Position numbers and translations under genes: made by a program
Source: Archangium sp.
GTDB taxonomy: Bacteria; Myxococcota; Myxococcia; Myxococcales; Myxococcaceae
Direction: 5' to 3'
DNA: 27,303 bases
Assembly: GCA_031367385.1 (NCBI GenBank)
Contig: JANLPS010000255.1
Location: forward strand, 1 to 27,303
Shown: positions 8,336 to 16,734 of the stretch, piece after piece
Layout: every line of letters begins with the position of its first letter
Numbering within the stretch: the first letter of the stretch is position 1
Notes under the pieces: model-generated
What the model saw: the letters and a program-made list of their open reading frames with translations, nothing else
The model's database searches: none
Told to the model about the DNA's origin: nothing

Positions 8336-8827
8336 CTACCAGCCGGTGGCGAGTCGCTCAGCGCCCTCGCGCATCATGGCCTCGGCGACACGGCGAATGG
8401 CCGCACCTCGCCAGGTCTCGGCCCAGAGCAGGTCAGCACCGCTGGGAAATTCTTCACCACCGGAGACGACGACTTGATTGAGCTGTTGCGGGCCACGCAT
8501 CAGCTTGAGCGCGACCACGATGTTGACTCGGTAGTTCGGCAATCGGCCAGGCGATGCCACCAGCGGCGTCGAGTAGATCGAGAGCAAGGTGCCTTCGATC
8601 TGCGTTTCGGACGAGTCGTCACCGAGCTTGCCCGAGTGCAAGTAGAGCTCACGCAGGGCATCGGTGAAGAGCTCTTCGGCCCCAGGCTCAGAGGTGTTGT
8701 TTCTGAACACCGGCACCTGCACCTTGTCGACGCCCTTCGGCAACGTGCTGTTGGGCGCGACGAATCGGTAGCCGCAGCTGGTGAGGAGCAGCAGGAGGAC
8801 CAGGGCGTGGTTCGACAGGCTCACCAT
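8336..8827 (-). CDS. lptE: LPS assembly lipoprotein LptE (alternative in-frame starts at 8869, 8911 and 8953 inside the repeat)
   Basis: Lipobox LTSC-GY, VQVPVFRNNTSEPGAEELFTDAL motif, and position directly downstream of leuS (conserved leuS-lptE linkage). Confidence 0.88.
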   Translation of the reverse strand: MVSLSNHALVLLLLLTSCGYRFVAPNSTLPKGVDKVQVPVFRNNTSEPGAEELFTDALRELYLHSGKLGDDSSETQIEGTLLSIYSTPLVASPGRLPNYRVNIVVALKLMRGPQQLNQVVVSGGEEFPSGADLLWAETWRGAAIRRVAEAMMREGAERLATGW

Positions 8828-8957
8828 GAGATTCGGTGGCCTCGTTCCATGCTTCGACGGGCTCACCATGAGATTCGGTGGCCTCGTTCCATGCTTCGAC
8901 GGGCTCACCATGAGATTCGGTGGCCTCGTTCCATGGTTCGACGGGCTCACCATGAGA
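8808..8957. repeat. 42-bp tandem repeat, about 3.5 copies, with REP-like core TTCGACRGGCTCACCATGA
   Basis: Units start at 8811, 8853, 8895 and 8937 and are nearly identical. On the minus strand they encode (MVSPS[KN]HGTRPPNL)x3 followed by MVSLSNH. A degenerate inverted core lies at 8966-8983. Confidence 0.95.
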
Positions 8958-8980
8958 GTTCCGTTTCTCGGGTGAGCGCG

Positions 8981-11545
8981 TCAGCCGACAACGAAGTTCA
9001 CCAACCGCTTCGGCACGAAGACGAATTTCTTCACCGTCTTGCCCGCCAGCGCCGCCTTGACCTTCTCATCGGCCTCGGCGAGCGCACGCACCTCCGCCTC
9101 CGTCGCGGCGACGGGTGCTTTTACCTCCGAGCGCAGCTTGCCCATGATCTGCACCGCGTAGGTCACCGAGTCTTCGGCGATCAGCGAGGCGTCGAACTTC
9201 GGGTACTCCTGTTGGCAGCAAAAACCCGTCTGCCCAAGCCGAGCCCAGAGCTCTTCAGCCAAGTGCGGGGCATACGGCGAGAGCACCTTCAAGAAGGTCA
9301 GCGCCACCGACTTCGGCAAAGTCTTCGCCGAGGTCGCCTCGTTCGCGAAGGTCATCATGTGGCTGATGGCCGTATTGAAGCGCAGGTTCAGCGTGTCTCG
9401 CTCGACTGCCTGAATGCACTTGTGCAACGCCTTGCGAAGCTCAGGCTCGCTGGCCTCATCGGCAAGGGTGAGCTTGTCGACGGGCAACCCCGTGCCCTCG
9501 TTGACGACCAGGCGCCAAATTCGGTCGAGAAAACGCTGCACTCCGGCGACCTGCGACATCTGCCACGGCTTGACCTGCTCGAGCGGGCCCATGAAGAGCT
9601 CATACAGGCGCAACGCGTCGGCGCCGTAGTCACGCACCACGTCATCAGGCGACACGACGTTGTAGCGGCTCTTCGACATCTTCTCGACTTGCTTGCTCAG
9701 CGGCTCGCCGGTCGCCTTCGCCGTCGCCGTGTCACCCGCGTCGTTCACGTCGGTCGGCAGGTAGTACTTGCCCGCTTTGTCTTTGTACGAGTACGCGAGA
9801 ATCATGCCCTGGTTGAAGAGCTTCTGAAACGGCTCCTTGGTCGAGACGAGGCCGCAGTCGAAGAGCACCTTGTGCCAGAAGCGCGCATACAAGAGGTGCA
9901 ACACCGCGTGCTCGACGCCGCCGATGTAGAGGTCGACGGGCATCCAATACTTCTCGAGCGCCTGCGACCACGCCTCGTGATCATTTCGCGCGTCGATGAA
10001 GCGCAAGTAGTACCAGCACGAGCCAGCCCACTGCGGCATCGTGTTCACTTCACGTACCCCGTGCCGGCCATCGGGCAAGGTCACGCCGAGCCAGACGTCT
10101 CCCGCGCGGGCGAGTGGAGGCCGGCCATCGGCGGTCGGCTTGTACTCATCGACGTGGGGCAGCTCGACCGGCAGCTGCGACGCCGGCACCGTGACGATGC
10201 TGCCATCAGCCAGGTGAACGACGGGAAAGGGCTCGCCCCAATAGCGTTGCCGCGAGAACAACCAATCGCGCAACCGGTACTGCACGCGCTTGACGCCGTG
10301 GCCGTGCTTCTCGACCCACTCGGTCATCTGCGCCTTCGCGGCCACCGTCTGCAACCCATCGAGGGGGCCCGAGTTCACCGCCACGCCATCACCGGTGTAC
10401 GCCTCGGCCTGTACGTCTCGGCCGCCCTTCACCACCTCGATGATCGGCAACCCAAACGTCTTCGCGAAGGCATGATCTCGTTCGTCGTGCCCCGGTACCG
10501 CCATGATCGCGCCGGTACCGTACGAGAGCAGCACGTAGTCGGCGACCCAGACCGGCACCTGTTGGCCAGTGGCGGGGTTGATGGCGAAGCCGCCGGTGAA
10601 GACACCGGTCTTCTCTTTCTGCAAATCAGTACGCGCGAGGTCTGACTTGTTCTTCGCCTCGGCCACGTACTTCGCGACCGCCTCTTTCTGCGCGGCGGTG
10701 GTCAGCTGCGCGACCAGCGGGTGCTCAGGCGCGAGCACGGTGTAGGTGCAGCCGAACAAGGTGTCGGGCCGCGTGGTGAAGACGGTGAGCTTTGCGTCAC
10801 TGCCCGCGAGCTTGAACGAGACCTCGGCGCCTTCAGACTTGCCGATCCAATTCCGCTGCATCTCCTTGATGCCGTCGGGCCAATCGAGGCCGTCGAGGTC
10901 GGCGAGCAGGCGGTCGCCGTACTCAGTGATTCGCAACATCCACTGCTTCATCATGCGGCGTTCGACCGGGTCGCCAGTCTCGACATACTTGCCGTCTTTG
11001 ACCTCTTCGTTGGCGAGCACGGTGCCGAGTGCAGGGCACCAATTCACCGGCACCTCAGCCAGGTAGGCCAAGTTGCGCTCGAACAGCTTCAGAAAAATCC
11101 ACTGCGTCCACTTGTAGTAGCTGGCCGACGAGGTATCGATTTCGCGATCCCAGTCGTAGCTGAAGCCGAGGCGTTTGATCTGCCGGCGAAAGTTATCGAC
11201 GTTGCGCTTGGTGATGATGGCGGGGTGAATGCCATCGCGCATCGCAGCGCGCTCGGCGGGCAGACCGAATGCGTCCCACCCCATCGGGTGCAAGACGTTG
11301 AAGCCTTGCATGCGCTTGAGCCGGGCGAGCACGTCGGTGGCGGTGTAGCCCTCGGGGTGGCCCACGTGCAGCCCCGCGCCCGACGGGTACGGAAACATGT
11401 CGAGCACGTAATACTTGGGTTTCTTGATCAGCTCGGTGAGGTCGGTCGGCGTCTTGAAGGCCTTCGCGGCCTCCCAGGCGTCTTGCCACTTGGGCTCGAT
11501 GACTGACGGCTCGTATCGGTGCTGTGGCGGTTGCTGCGAATCCAT
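8981..11545 (-). CDS. leuS: Leucine--tRNA ligase
   Basis: [14 protein letters not shown] (HIGH), FTTRPDT and [15 protein letters not shown] editing-domain motifs, SRQRYWG, KMSKS; 854 aa. Confidence 0.99.
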   Translation of the reverse strand: MDSQQPPQHRYEPSVIEPKWQDAWEAAKAFKTPTDLTELIKKPKYYVLDMFPYPSGAGLHVGHPEGYTATDVLARLKRMQGFNVLHPMGWDAFGLPAERAAMRDGIHPAIITKRNVDNFRRQIKRLGFSYDWDREIDTSSASYYKWTQWIFLKLFERNLAYLAEVPVNWCPALGTVLANEEVKDGKYVETGDPVERRMMKQWMLRITEYGDRLLADLDGLDWPDGIKEMQRNWIGKSEGAEVSFKLAGSDAKLTVFTTRPDTLFGCTYTVLAPEHPLVAQLTTAAQKEAVAKYVAEAKNKSDLARTDLQKEKTGVFTGGFAINPATGQQVPVWVADYVLLSYGTGAIMAVPGHDERDHAFAKTFGLPIIEVVKGGRDVQAEAYTGDGVAVNSGPLDGLQTVAAKAQMTEWVEKHGHGVKRVQYRLRDWLFSRQRYWGEPFPVVHLADGSIVTVPASQLPVELPHVDEYKPTADGRPPLARAGDVWLGVTLPDGRHGVREVNTMPQWAGSCWYYLRFIDARNDHEAWSQALEKYWMPVDLYIGGVEHAVLHLLYARFWHKVLFDCGLVSTKEPFQKLFNQGMILAYSYKDKAGKYYLPTDVNDAGDTATAKATGEPLSKQVEKMSKSRYNVVSPDDVVRDYGADALRLYELFMGPLEQVKPWQMSQVAGVQRFLDRIWRLVVNEGTGLPVDKLTLADEASEPELRKALHKCIQAVERDTLNLRFNTAISHMMTFANEATSAKTLPKSVALTFLKVLSPYAPHLAEELWARLGQTGFCCQQEYPKFDASLIAEDSVTYAVQIMGKLRSEVKAPVAATEAEVRALAEADEKVKAALAGKTVKKFVFVPKRLVNFVVG

Positions 11546-11554
11546 AGTGACGGG

Positions 11555-11583
11555 CTTGTAGGAGACGACTCAGCACGACGCAA
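11555..11583 (-). promoter_or_regulatory. Candidate sigma70 promoter giving a (near-)leaderless leuS transcript
   Basis: Minus strand TTGCGT, 17 bp, TACAAG, then 9 nt to the ATG; no SD. Confidence 0.5.
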
Positions 11584-11601
11584 CGAGTCACCGTCACGAA
11601 T

Positions 11602-11979
11602 TCACCTCGCGGTGCACTTGCCGGTCTTGGCGAAGGAGCCCTCGTCGCAGGTCACTCCGTTGAGCGTGCAGGTGGCTGCGCTCGTGGTGGCGGTCTTCAC
11701 GTTGGTGACCCGGCCTCCGTGAGTGGAGCAGTACGACGCTTCTTGGCCGCACTCGGCCCGAAAGAACGCCCACTCCTCGCACGCCCCGCCGTCAGCGAAA
11801 TTGCACAGCGCGGCTTCGACCCCCGCGTCGTTGACCGACGCGCTCAAGGTAAACCCGGCTTGCTGGCAGTAGGCCGACGAGGGGTTGCCAGGGCCGATGG
11901 GGGTGCGCTCATCTTCAGCGAGGGCGCAGGCGGTCAGGCTGAGCACCGCCAGGCCAATGCAGAGGGTTCGAAGTCGCAT
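11602..11979 (-). CDS. DUF333-type (putative hemolysin-annotated) Cys-rich lipoprotein
   Basis: Lipobox LTAC; NPSSAYCQQAGFTL...CNFADGGACEEWAFFRAEC, followed by a second degenerate module. Confidence 0.8.
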   Translation of the reverse strand: MRLRTLCIGLAVLSLTACALAEDERTPIGPGNPSSAYCQQAGFTLSASVNDAGVEAALCNFADGGACEEWAFFRAECGQEASYCSTHGGRVTNVKTATTSAATCTLNGVTCDEGSFAKTGKCTAR

Positions 11980-11985
11980 GGTCAA

Positions 11986-12477
11986 TTACTCACAGCCACA
12001 GGTACGAGAGAAGGTCACTTCGGAGCAACGCGCGCCGGTCGACAGCGTGCACACCCCGGTGACCGACGTCCAGCCGCCTTCGTCTTTCGTTTCGGTGCTG
12101 ATGGTGCCGCCATGGAGGTTGCAGAATGAGAAGGCCTGACCGCAGGCGCCATCGAAGAAGGCCCATTCGTCGCACTGCAACCCGCCGGGAAAGTTGCAGA
12201 ACCCTTGCTCGCCGGCCTCGGTCGTTTTGCTCGAAAGGGTGTAGCCAAGCTGCTCGCAGTACACCGCGGCAGGGTTGGCGAGCGGCGCTTTCGGGAGCGG
12301 CTGACAGGCGACGCCGCCATCGGTTGCCGAGCCGCCATCGGTTGCCGAGCCGCCGTCGTGGGTCTTCTTCGACCGAAGTGCGTCGGCCTCGCTGGCATTG
12401 GGGTCGGTCGTCAGAGAACCGGGGCCGCAGCCGATGGCGAGAACAATCAGGGTCAACAGGGTGGTCGTGGTTTTCAT
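11986..12477 (-). CDS. DUF333-type Cys-rich lipoprotein, paralog of the downstream gene
   Basis: Lipobox AIGC; ANPAAVYCEQLGYTL...CNFPGGLQCDEWAFFDGAC, plus a second module; DGGSAT linker repeats. Confidence 0.8.
   Translation of the reverse strand: MKTTTTLLTLIVLAIGCGPGSLTTDPNASEADALRSKKTHDGGSATDGGSATDGGVACQPLPKAPLANPAAVYCEQLGYTLSSKTTEAGEQGFCNFPGGLQCDEWAFFDGACGQAFSFCNLHGGTISTETKDEGGWTSVTGVCTLSTGARCSEVTFSRTCGCE
12313..12357. repeat. 18-bp in-frame tandem repeat (DGGSAT), about 2.5 copies
   Basis: GCCGCCATCGGTTGCCGA repeated twice, then GCCGCCGTC. Confidence 0.85.
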
Positions 12478-12596
12478 GGTTTGGGGCTTTCGTGCTGCGG
12501 TGTGTGCCCCCCTGACACGGGCACGCGCGCGGCATCCCACATTGGCGCCAAAATATTCGTAACCCGTTCATATCTCTGTCGAATCGCCTTGGTATC

Positions 12597-13106
12597 GTGT
12601 CGTCCGTGAGCTCCGCTTTACCGTCTGTCGTCGCCATCGAAGACCTGGTGCGCCAACCCGATGTGCACATCGCGCACGTTGGCTCGGTGGTGATCGCCAA
12701 GCTGACCAAGAACTCGGTGCCAGACATCGAGCTCTTGTTCAAGCAGCTCCACCTCACCGCGAAGCAGCACACCAACCAAGTGACGCTGCTGACCCTCGTG
12801 CCGCAGTTGGACACGGTGACTCGCATTGGCGACGACGTGCGCAGGCGTGCGGGCGAGCTGATCAAAGAGCTGAACCCCATTTGCATCGGCAGCGGGACGG
12901 TGGTGCTGGGCAAGGGCCTGGGGCCGTCGATGATTCGCATGTTCATGACGGGCTTCAACATGATCTCGAAGACGCCTTTTCCCCAGCGCACGTTCTCGAC
13001 GCTCGCCGAAGGCATCACGTGGATTCAGGGCCTGCCGCGGCAACACCCAGAGGCGCGCTCGGTGACCCGCAGCGCGGTGGTGAAGCACTTCGAAATCGAG
13101 GAGTGA
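12597..13106 (+). CDS. Hypothetical cytoplasmic protein, STAS/SEC14-like alpha/beta fold (start may be GTG 12606)
   Basis: Pattern VTLLTLV...DDVRRRAGELIKE...TVVLGKGLGPSMIRMFM...RTFSTLAEGITWI resembles SpoIIAA-like/STAS-SEC14 proteins that are common in myxobacteria. Confidence 0.6.
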   Translation: MSSVSSALPSVVAIEDLVRQPDVHIAHVGSVVIAKLTKNSVPDIELLFKQLHLTAKQHTNQVTLLTLVPQLDTVTRIGDDVRRRAGELIKELNPICIGSGTVVLGKGLGPSMIRMFMTGFNMISKTPFPQRTFSTLAEGITWIQGLPRQHPEARSVTRSAVVKHFEIEE

Positions 13107-13925
13107 TTACTCTTTGAGAAACTGGCTCATCGTCAGCTGCAAGTGACTGCGAGCGCCGGTGAGCAAGCTGTTCACCTCGGAGGGCGTGAGTCGATGCGCC
13201 TCGGTGAGCAGCCGCTCGGTGCCGCTCAAGATGTCTTTGCGAACCGCCTCAACCCGCCGCGCGATGGTCGAGCGCGGCGTCTGAAACATGCGCGAGAGCT
13301 GATCCATCGTCAGGCCTTCGACGTAGTGCAGGCGCAAGAGTGAGCGCTCAGAGGGTTCGAGCAGCTCGACGGCGCGGGTGAAGGCATCGCGAAAGAGGTG
13401 CTGGGCCTGGGCTTTGACGTACGAGAGCTCTGGGTCGAGCACGACGATCGGCGCGTGATCGGGCTCGAGCGCCTCGGTCTGCGCGGCGCCCCGAACCAGA
13501 TTCAAGGCGGTGCGAACGGCGGTGATTCGCAGCCAGCCCCCGAGGGCTCCAGCGCCTGAATACTCGAGGATCTTGGGGCCTGAGGTTTCTCCGATGACGA
13601 CTGCTTGCCGAAGCTTTTGCTTCACCTCGGCGACGAGGTCTTTGTCGACGGTGACACGGACCAGGTACGAGCCGACGTGCGACATGAAGTGCCGCTCGAA
13701 GGCCTCGAGCGCGATTCGGTTTTGCTGACCGACCGCGCAGGCCAGGTAGAGATCAGAGAGGTGGGCCGGCACTCCGCTCGCGGCGTGGCGCTTCACGTGC
13801 TTCGCAAAATCGCTGGCGCTCAGGTCGACGCCCGGCCAGGTGCTGCGGGCCTCATCGAACCGCGCGTCGAGCTCAGCCTGGGTGCCGGCACCGAGCAGCT
13901 CGGAGAAGTTGGGGCCGTTGGCCAT
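13107..13925 (-). CDS. ECF-type sigma-70 factor with N-terminal extension (Myxococcales family, TIGR03001-like)
   Basis: HLSDLYLACA, YSGAGALGGWLRITAVRTALNL (region 2), DPELSYVK, and ERSLLRLHYVEGLTMDQLSRMFQTPRSTIARR (region 4 HTH). Confidence 0.85.
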   Translation of the reverse strand: MANGPNFSELLGAGTQAELDARFDEARSTWPGVDLSASDFAKHVKRHAASGVPAHLSDLYLACAVGQQNRIALEAFERHFMSHVGSYLVRVTVDKDLVAEVKQKLRQAVVIGETSGPKILEYSGAGALGGWLRITAVRTALNLVRGAAQTEALEPDHAPIVVLDPELSYVKAQAQHLFRDAFTRAVELLEPSERSLLRLHYVEGLTMDQLSRMFQTPRSTIARRVEAVRKDILSGTERLLTEAHRLTPSEVNSLLTGARSHLQLTMSQFLKE

Positions 13926-13952
13926 CGGGGTGGACTATATGTCTGTTCGCGA

Positions 13953-16676
13953 ATGCCCTGCCCGACCGAAGACGTGTTGCTGGGCTTCGTCGACGGGCAG
14001 CTTGGTCAAGCCGACCTGGCTCACGTCTCATCGCACCTCGACGGGTGCATGACCTGCCGCGCAGTGGTGGGCGCTTCGTTGCCGGTACGCGATGACAGTG
14101 ATCAGCTGGGCCGCTACGTACTTCGCCGGGTCATCGGCTCAGGCGGCATGGGCGTGGTGTACGAGGCCTTCGACCCCGAGCTCGATCGAAACGTGGCGCT
14201 CAAGTTGCTGCGGCCGGAGCTGGGCACGCAGACCTTGCAAGACCGGTTGGTCGCAGAGGCTCAAGCGCTCGCGCGGCTCTCGCACCCCCACGTGGTGTCG
14301 GTGTACGACATCGGCCGCGCGGCTGATCAGGTCTTCATCGTGATGGAGCTGGTCAACGGGCTTTCACTTCGAGAGTGGCTCTCGGCGGCGTCTCGTCGCA
14401 TCGACGAGGTGCTCGAGGTGTTCACCCACGCCGCCGAAGGGCTCGACGCGGCGCACTCGGTCGGCCTGGTTCACCGCGACTTCAAGCCCGAGAACGTGTT
14501 GATCACCCGGGGTGGGCGAGCGCAAGTCAGCGATTTCGGTCTGGCATTTTCGCTCACGAAGCCGCCCGACGCGGTCGACGAAGGGTCTGCGGGGTACATG
14601 GCGCCTGAGCAGCGGGCTGGGCTGAGCGTCGACGCGCGATCTGATCAGTACAGCTTCTGCTTCTCACTCGCAGAGGCCACGCGCGGGGCTGCGCCGAGGT
14701 GGCTTCGCAAGATCATCGAGCGAGGCACGCAGCCGAGCCCCGAGCGCCGCTTCGCTTCAATGCGCGAGGCGATCACCGCGCTCCACCGCGGCCGGCGCAT
14801 GCGGGTGACCCAGCGCGTGGTGGCGGCGATCGCCGCAATCGTGCTGGTGGGCGGAGTCTTCGGAGCTGTCGAGCTGGCTCGCCGCCATCAAGCCCGCGCG
14901 AGCTGTGAAGCCGAGGCAGCGTCGATTGATCAGGAGTGGAGCTCGGCCTCGGCCGCCACCGTGCGAAACGCCTTCGAGCACACAGCCAGCCCCCTGGCGA
15001 CCCGAGCCTTGAACACGGTGAATGCTGGGTTCGACACCTACACCCGTGAATGGCGCGCGGCGCACGTGCGGGCGTGCGAGGCGACCCGTTTGTACGGTCA
15101 GCAATCAGAGGCAGTGCTCGCCCAGAAACTGAGCTGCCTGGCTGATCGCGCCCAGCTGTTTCGTTCAGTGAGGTCGGCGCTCGAAGGCGTCGACGCACCG
15201 ATGCTCGAACGCGTTGGGCCGATTCTGCAGACGCTGCCACCGGTCTCGGCGTGCGACGATGCGCGGGCGTTGGCAGCGGCCCCGGCGGCGCCTCCGAGCG
15301 CGGTGGCACGCGAGGTCAGCCAGGCTCGCGGGCTCATCGGAGAGGCGTCAATCGCGATCACCGCTGGGCACTACGATGATGGGTTGGCAACGGCGCAAAA
15401 AGCGGTGCTGGCCGCGCACGCGACCGGGTATTTGCCGGTGATCGCTGAGGCCTCGCTCTGGGCGGGCATCGCGCATGGCCGGCTGGGAGCACTCGGGCCA
15501 GCACTCACGGCGCTCGAAGAAGCGGCATCGGCGGCCGCCGCGAGTCACGTCGAGTCGATCGCGGTGCGGGCATGGGTGCAGCTGATGCACTTCGTCGGGT
15601 TCGACGGCAAACGGCCCGACGACGGGTATCGCTACAACGCCTATGCAGAGAGCGCGCTGAAGACGATGTATGGCGCTGCCGAGCTCGAGGCCGAGCGCCT
15701 GTCGTGGCTGAGCGCGCTGCTCGCTGATCAAAAACGTTTCACCGAAGCCCAAGCCGCCTCTGAGTCGCAACGCGCCGTCGTCGAGACCCAGCTGGGCAAA
15801 TCACATCGGCTGTATGCGGTGGCGCTCGATGGTTTGGCGGGAGTGCTTGCAGGGCGAGGCCGAAATCGCGACGCCCTGCCCTTTCAGCGCGAAGCCTGTG
15901 AGGGGGTCGAGCGCGAGCTGGGGCCATTGCACCCGCAGCTGGCGATGTGTTTGAGCAACCTGGCGGCGCTGAACGCGAACGTGGGTGAGCACGAGCCGTC
16001 GATTGCGCTCAAGCTGCGGGCGCTCGAGATGTTCGCCCAGCTGCCCGGGCACCCGAGCCATGTCGCGATGACGGAGCGGAACCTGGCGCGCTCGTACCTC
16101 GAGTTGGGGTCGCTCGACGAAGCAGCGAAGCACCTCGAGGCCGCAGAGAAATTGGGCAAGACGGCGAGCGATCAGCTGAGCCTGCTGCGGCTGCGCGGAG
16201 ACCTGGCCCGGGCCCGAGGCAACCTGAGCCTCGCGTTCGAAACGCATGAGCTGGCCGCTGCAGAGGCGAGAAAGGGCGCGCTGCCGGCACAGCTCGATCC
16301 GCTCCTCTCGCTGGGGTGGAGCGCCTTGGCCGCCGAGCAATTCACCGAGGCAGACGAAGCGGCCCGGCAGGCGCAAGCGGTGGCGCGCGCGGTGTATGGC
16401 GAGAGATCGTTTCGGCTCTCGGAGCCGATGCGCTTGGCGGCTCAATCGTTGATCGCACAACATCACCCCGAGCTGGCCCGCCCGTACGCCGAAGGTGCGC
16501 TGCAGTTGCTCGGTGACGCGCAAATCGACCCAACGGTGCTGGCGCGAGCACGCTTTGCGCTCGCGCAAGCGCTGACCGATGATCGGCCACGCGCGCTGGA
16601 GTTGGCGGGGCTCGCGCGACAGTCGCTCAATCGCCAGTTGGCCGAAGAGATCGACGCATGGAGCGCAGGACGCTGA
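13953..16676 (+). CDS. Membrane Ser/Thr protein kinase with N-terminal ZAS-like zinc finger and extracytoplasmic TPR region
   Basis: C...HLDGCMTC; IGSGGMGVVY, VALK, HRDFKPEN, DFG, YMAPE; TM VVAAIAAIVLVGGVFGAV; TPR-like repeats (LGPLHPQLAMCLSNLA). Confidence 0.93.
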   Translation: MPCPTEDVLLGFVDGQLGQADLAHVSSHLDGCMTCRAVVGASLPVRDDSDQLGRYVLRRVIGSGGMGVVYEAFDPELDRNVALKLLRPELGTQTLQDRLVAEAQALARLSHPHVVSVYDIGRAADQVFIVMELVNGLSLREWLSAASRRIDEVLEVFTHAAEGLDAAHSVGLVHRDFKPENVLITRGGRAQVSDFGLAFSLTKPPDAVDEGSAGYMAPEQRAGLSVDARSDQYSFCFSLAEATRGAAPRWLRKIIERGTQPSPERRFASMREAITALHRGRRMRVTQRVVAAIAAIVLVGGVFGAVELARRHQARASCEAEAASIDQEWSSASAATVRNAFEHTASPLATRALNTVNAGFDTYTREWRAAHVRACEATRLYGQQSEAVLAQKLSCLADRAQLFRSVRSALEGVDAPMLERVGPILQTLPPVSACDDARALAAAPAAPPSAVAREVSQARGLIGEASIAITAGHYDDGLATAQKAVLAAHATGYLPVIAEASLWAGIAHGRLGALGPALTALEEAASAAAASHVESIAVRAWVQLMHFVGFDGKRPDDGYRYNAYAESALKTMYGAAELEAERLSWLSALLADQKRFTEAQAASESQRAVVETQLGKSHRLYAVALDGLAGVLAGRGRNRDALPFQREACEGVERELGPLHPQLAMCLSNLAALNANVGEHEPSIALKLRALEMFAQLPGHPSHVAMTERNLARSYLELGSLDEAAKHLEAAEKLGKTASDQLSLLRLRGDLARARGNLSLAFETHELAAAEARKGALPAQLDPLLSLGWSALAAEQFTEADEAARQAQAVARAVYGERSFRLSEPMRLAAQSLIAQHHPELARPYAEGALQLLGDAQIDPTVLARARFALAQALTDDRPRALELAGLARQSLNRQLAEEIDAWSAGR

Positions 16677-16696
16677 ATCAGCGGTGCCGCGAAGCT

Positions 16697-16722
16697 GGAA
16701 CTCGCGAACTCGGGTGCTGTCA
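16697..16722 (+). promoter_or_regulatory. Candidate ECF sigma promoter
   Basis: GGAACT, 16 bp, GTCA, ending 12 nt upstream of the ATG at 16735. Confidence 0.45.
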
Positions 16723-16734
16723 GGAGGTCACGGA

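Noticed and set aside
8808..8957. Mini CRISPR array
   Set aside because: The intervening sequences are identical rather than unique spacers, the period is only 42 bp, and no cas genes are present. It is a tandem repeat.
8324..11506. Long plus-strand ORFs (773 aa and 261 aa) antisense to lptE/leuS
   Set aside because: Shadow frames expected opposite genes in high-GC DNA; no motifs.
11546..11601. T-box or attenuator upstream of leuS (GTGACGG/CCGTCAC pairing)
   Set aside because: Only 56 bp with no T-box consensus or leader peptide; better explained as a promoter, possibly with a weak hairpin.
13605..13952. N-terminal extension of the kinase (1023-aa call)
   Set aside because: Overlaps the sigma gene on the opposite strand; ATG 13953 starts exactly at the ZAS motif.
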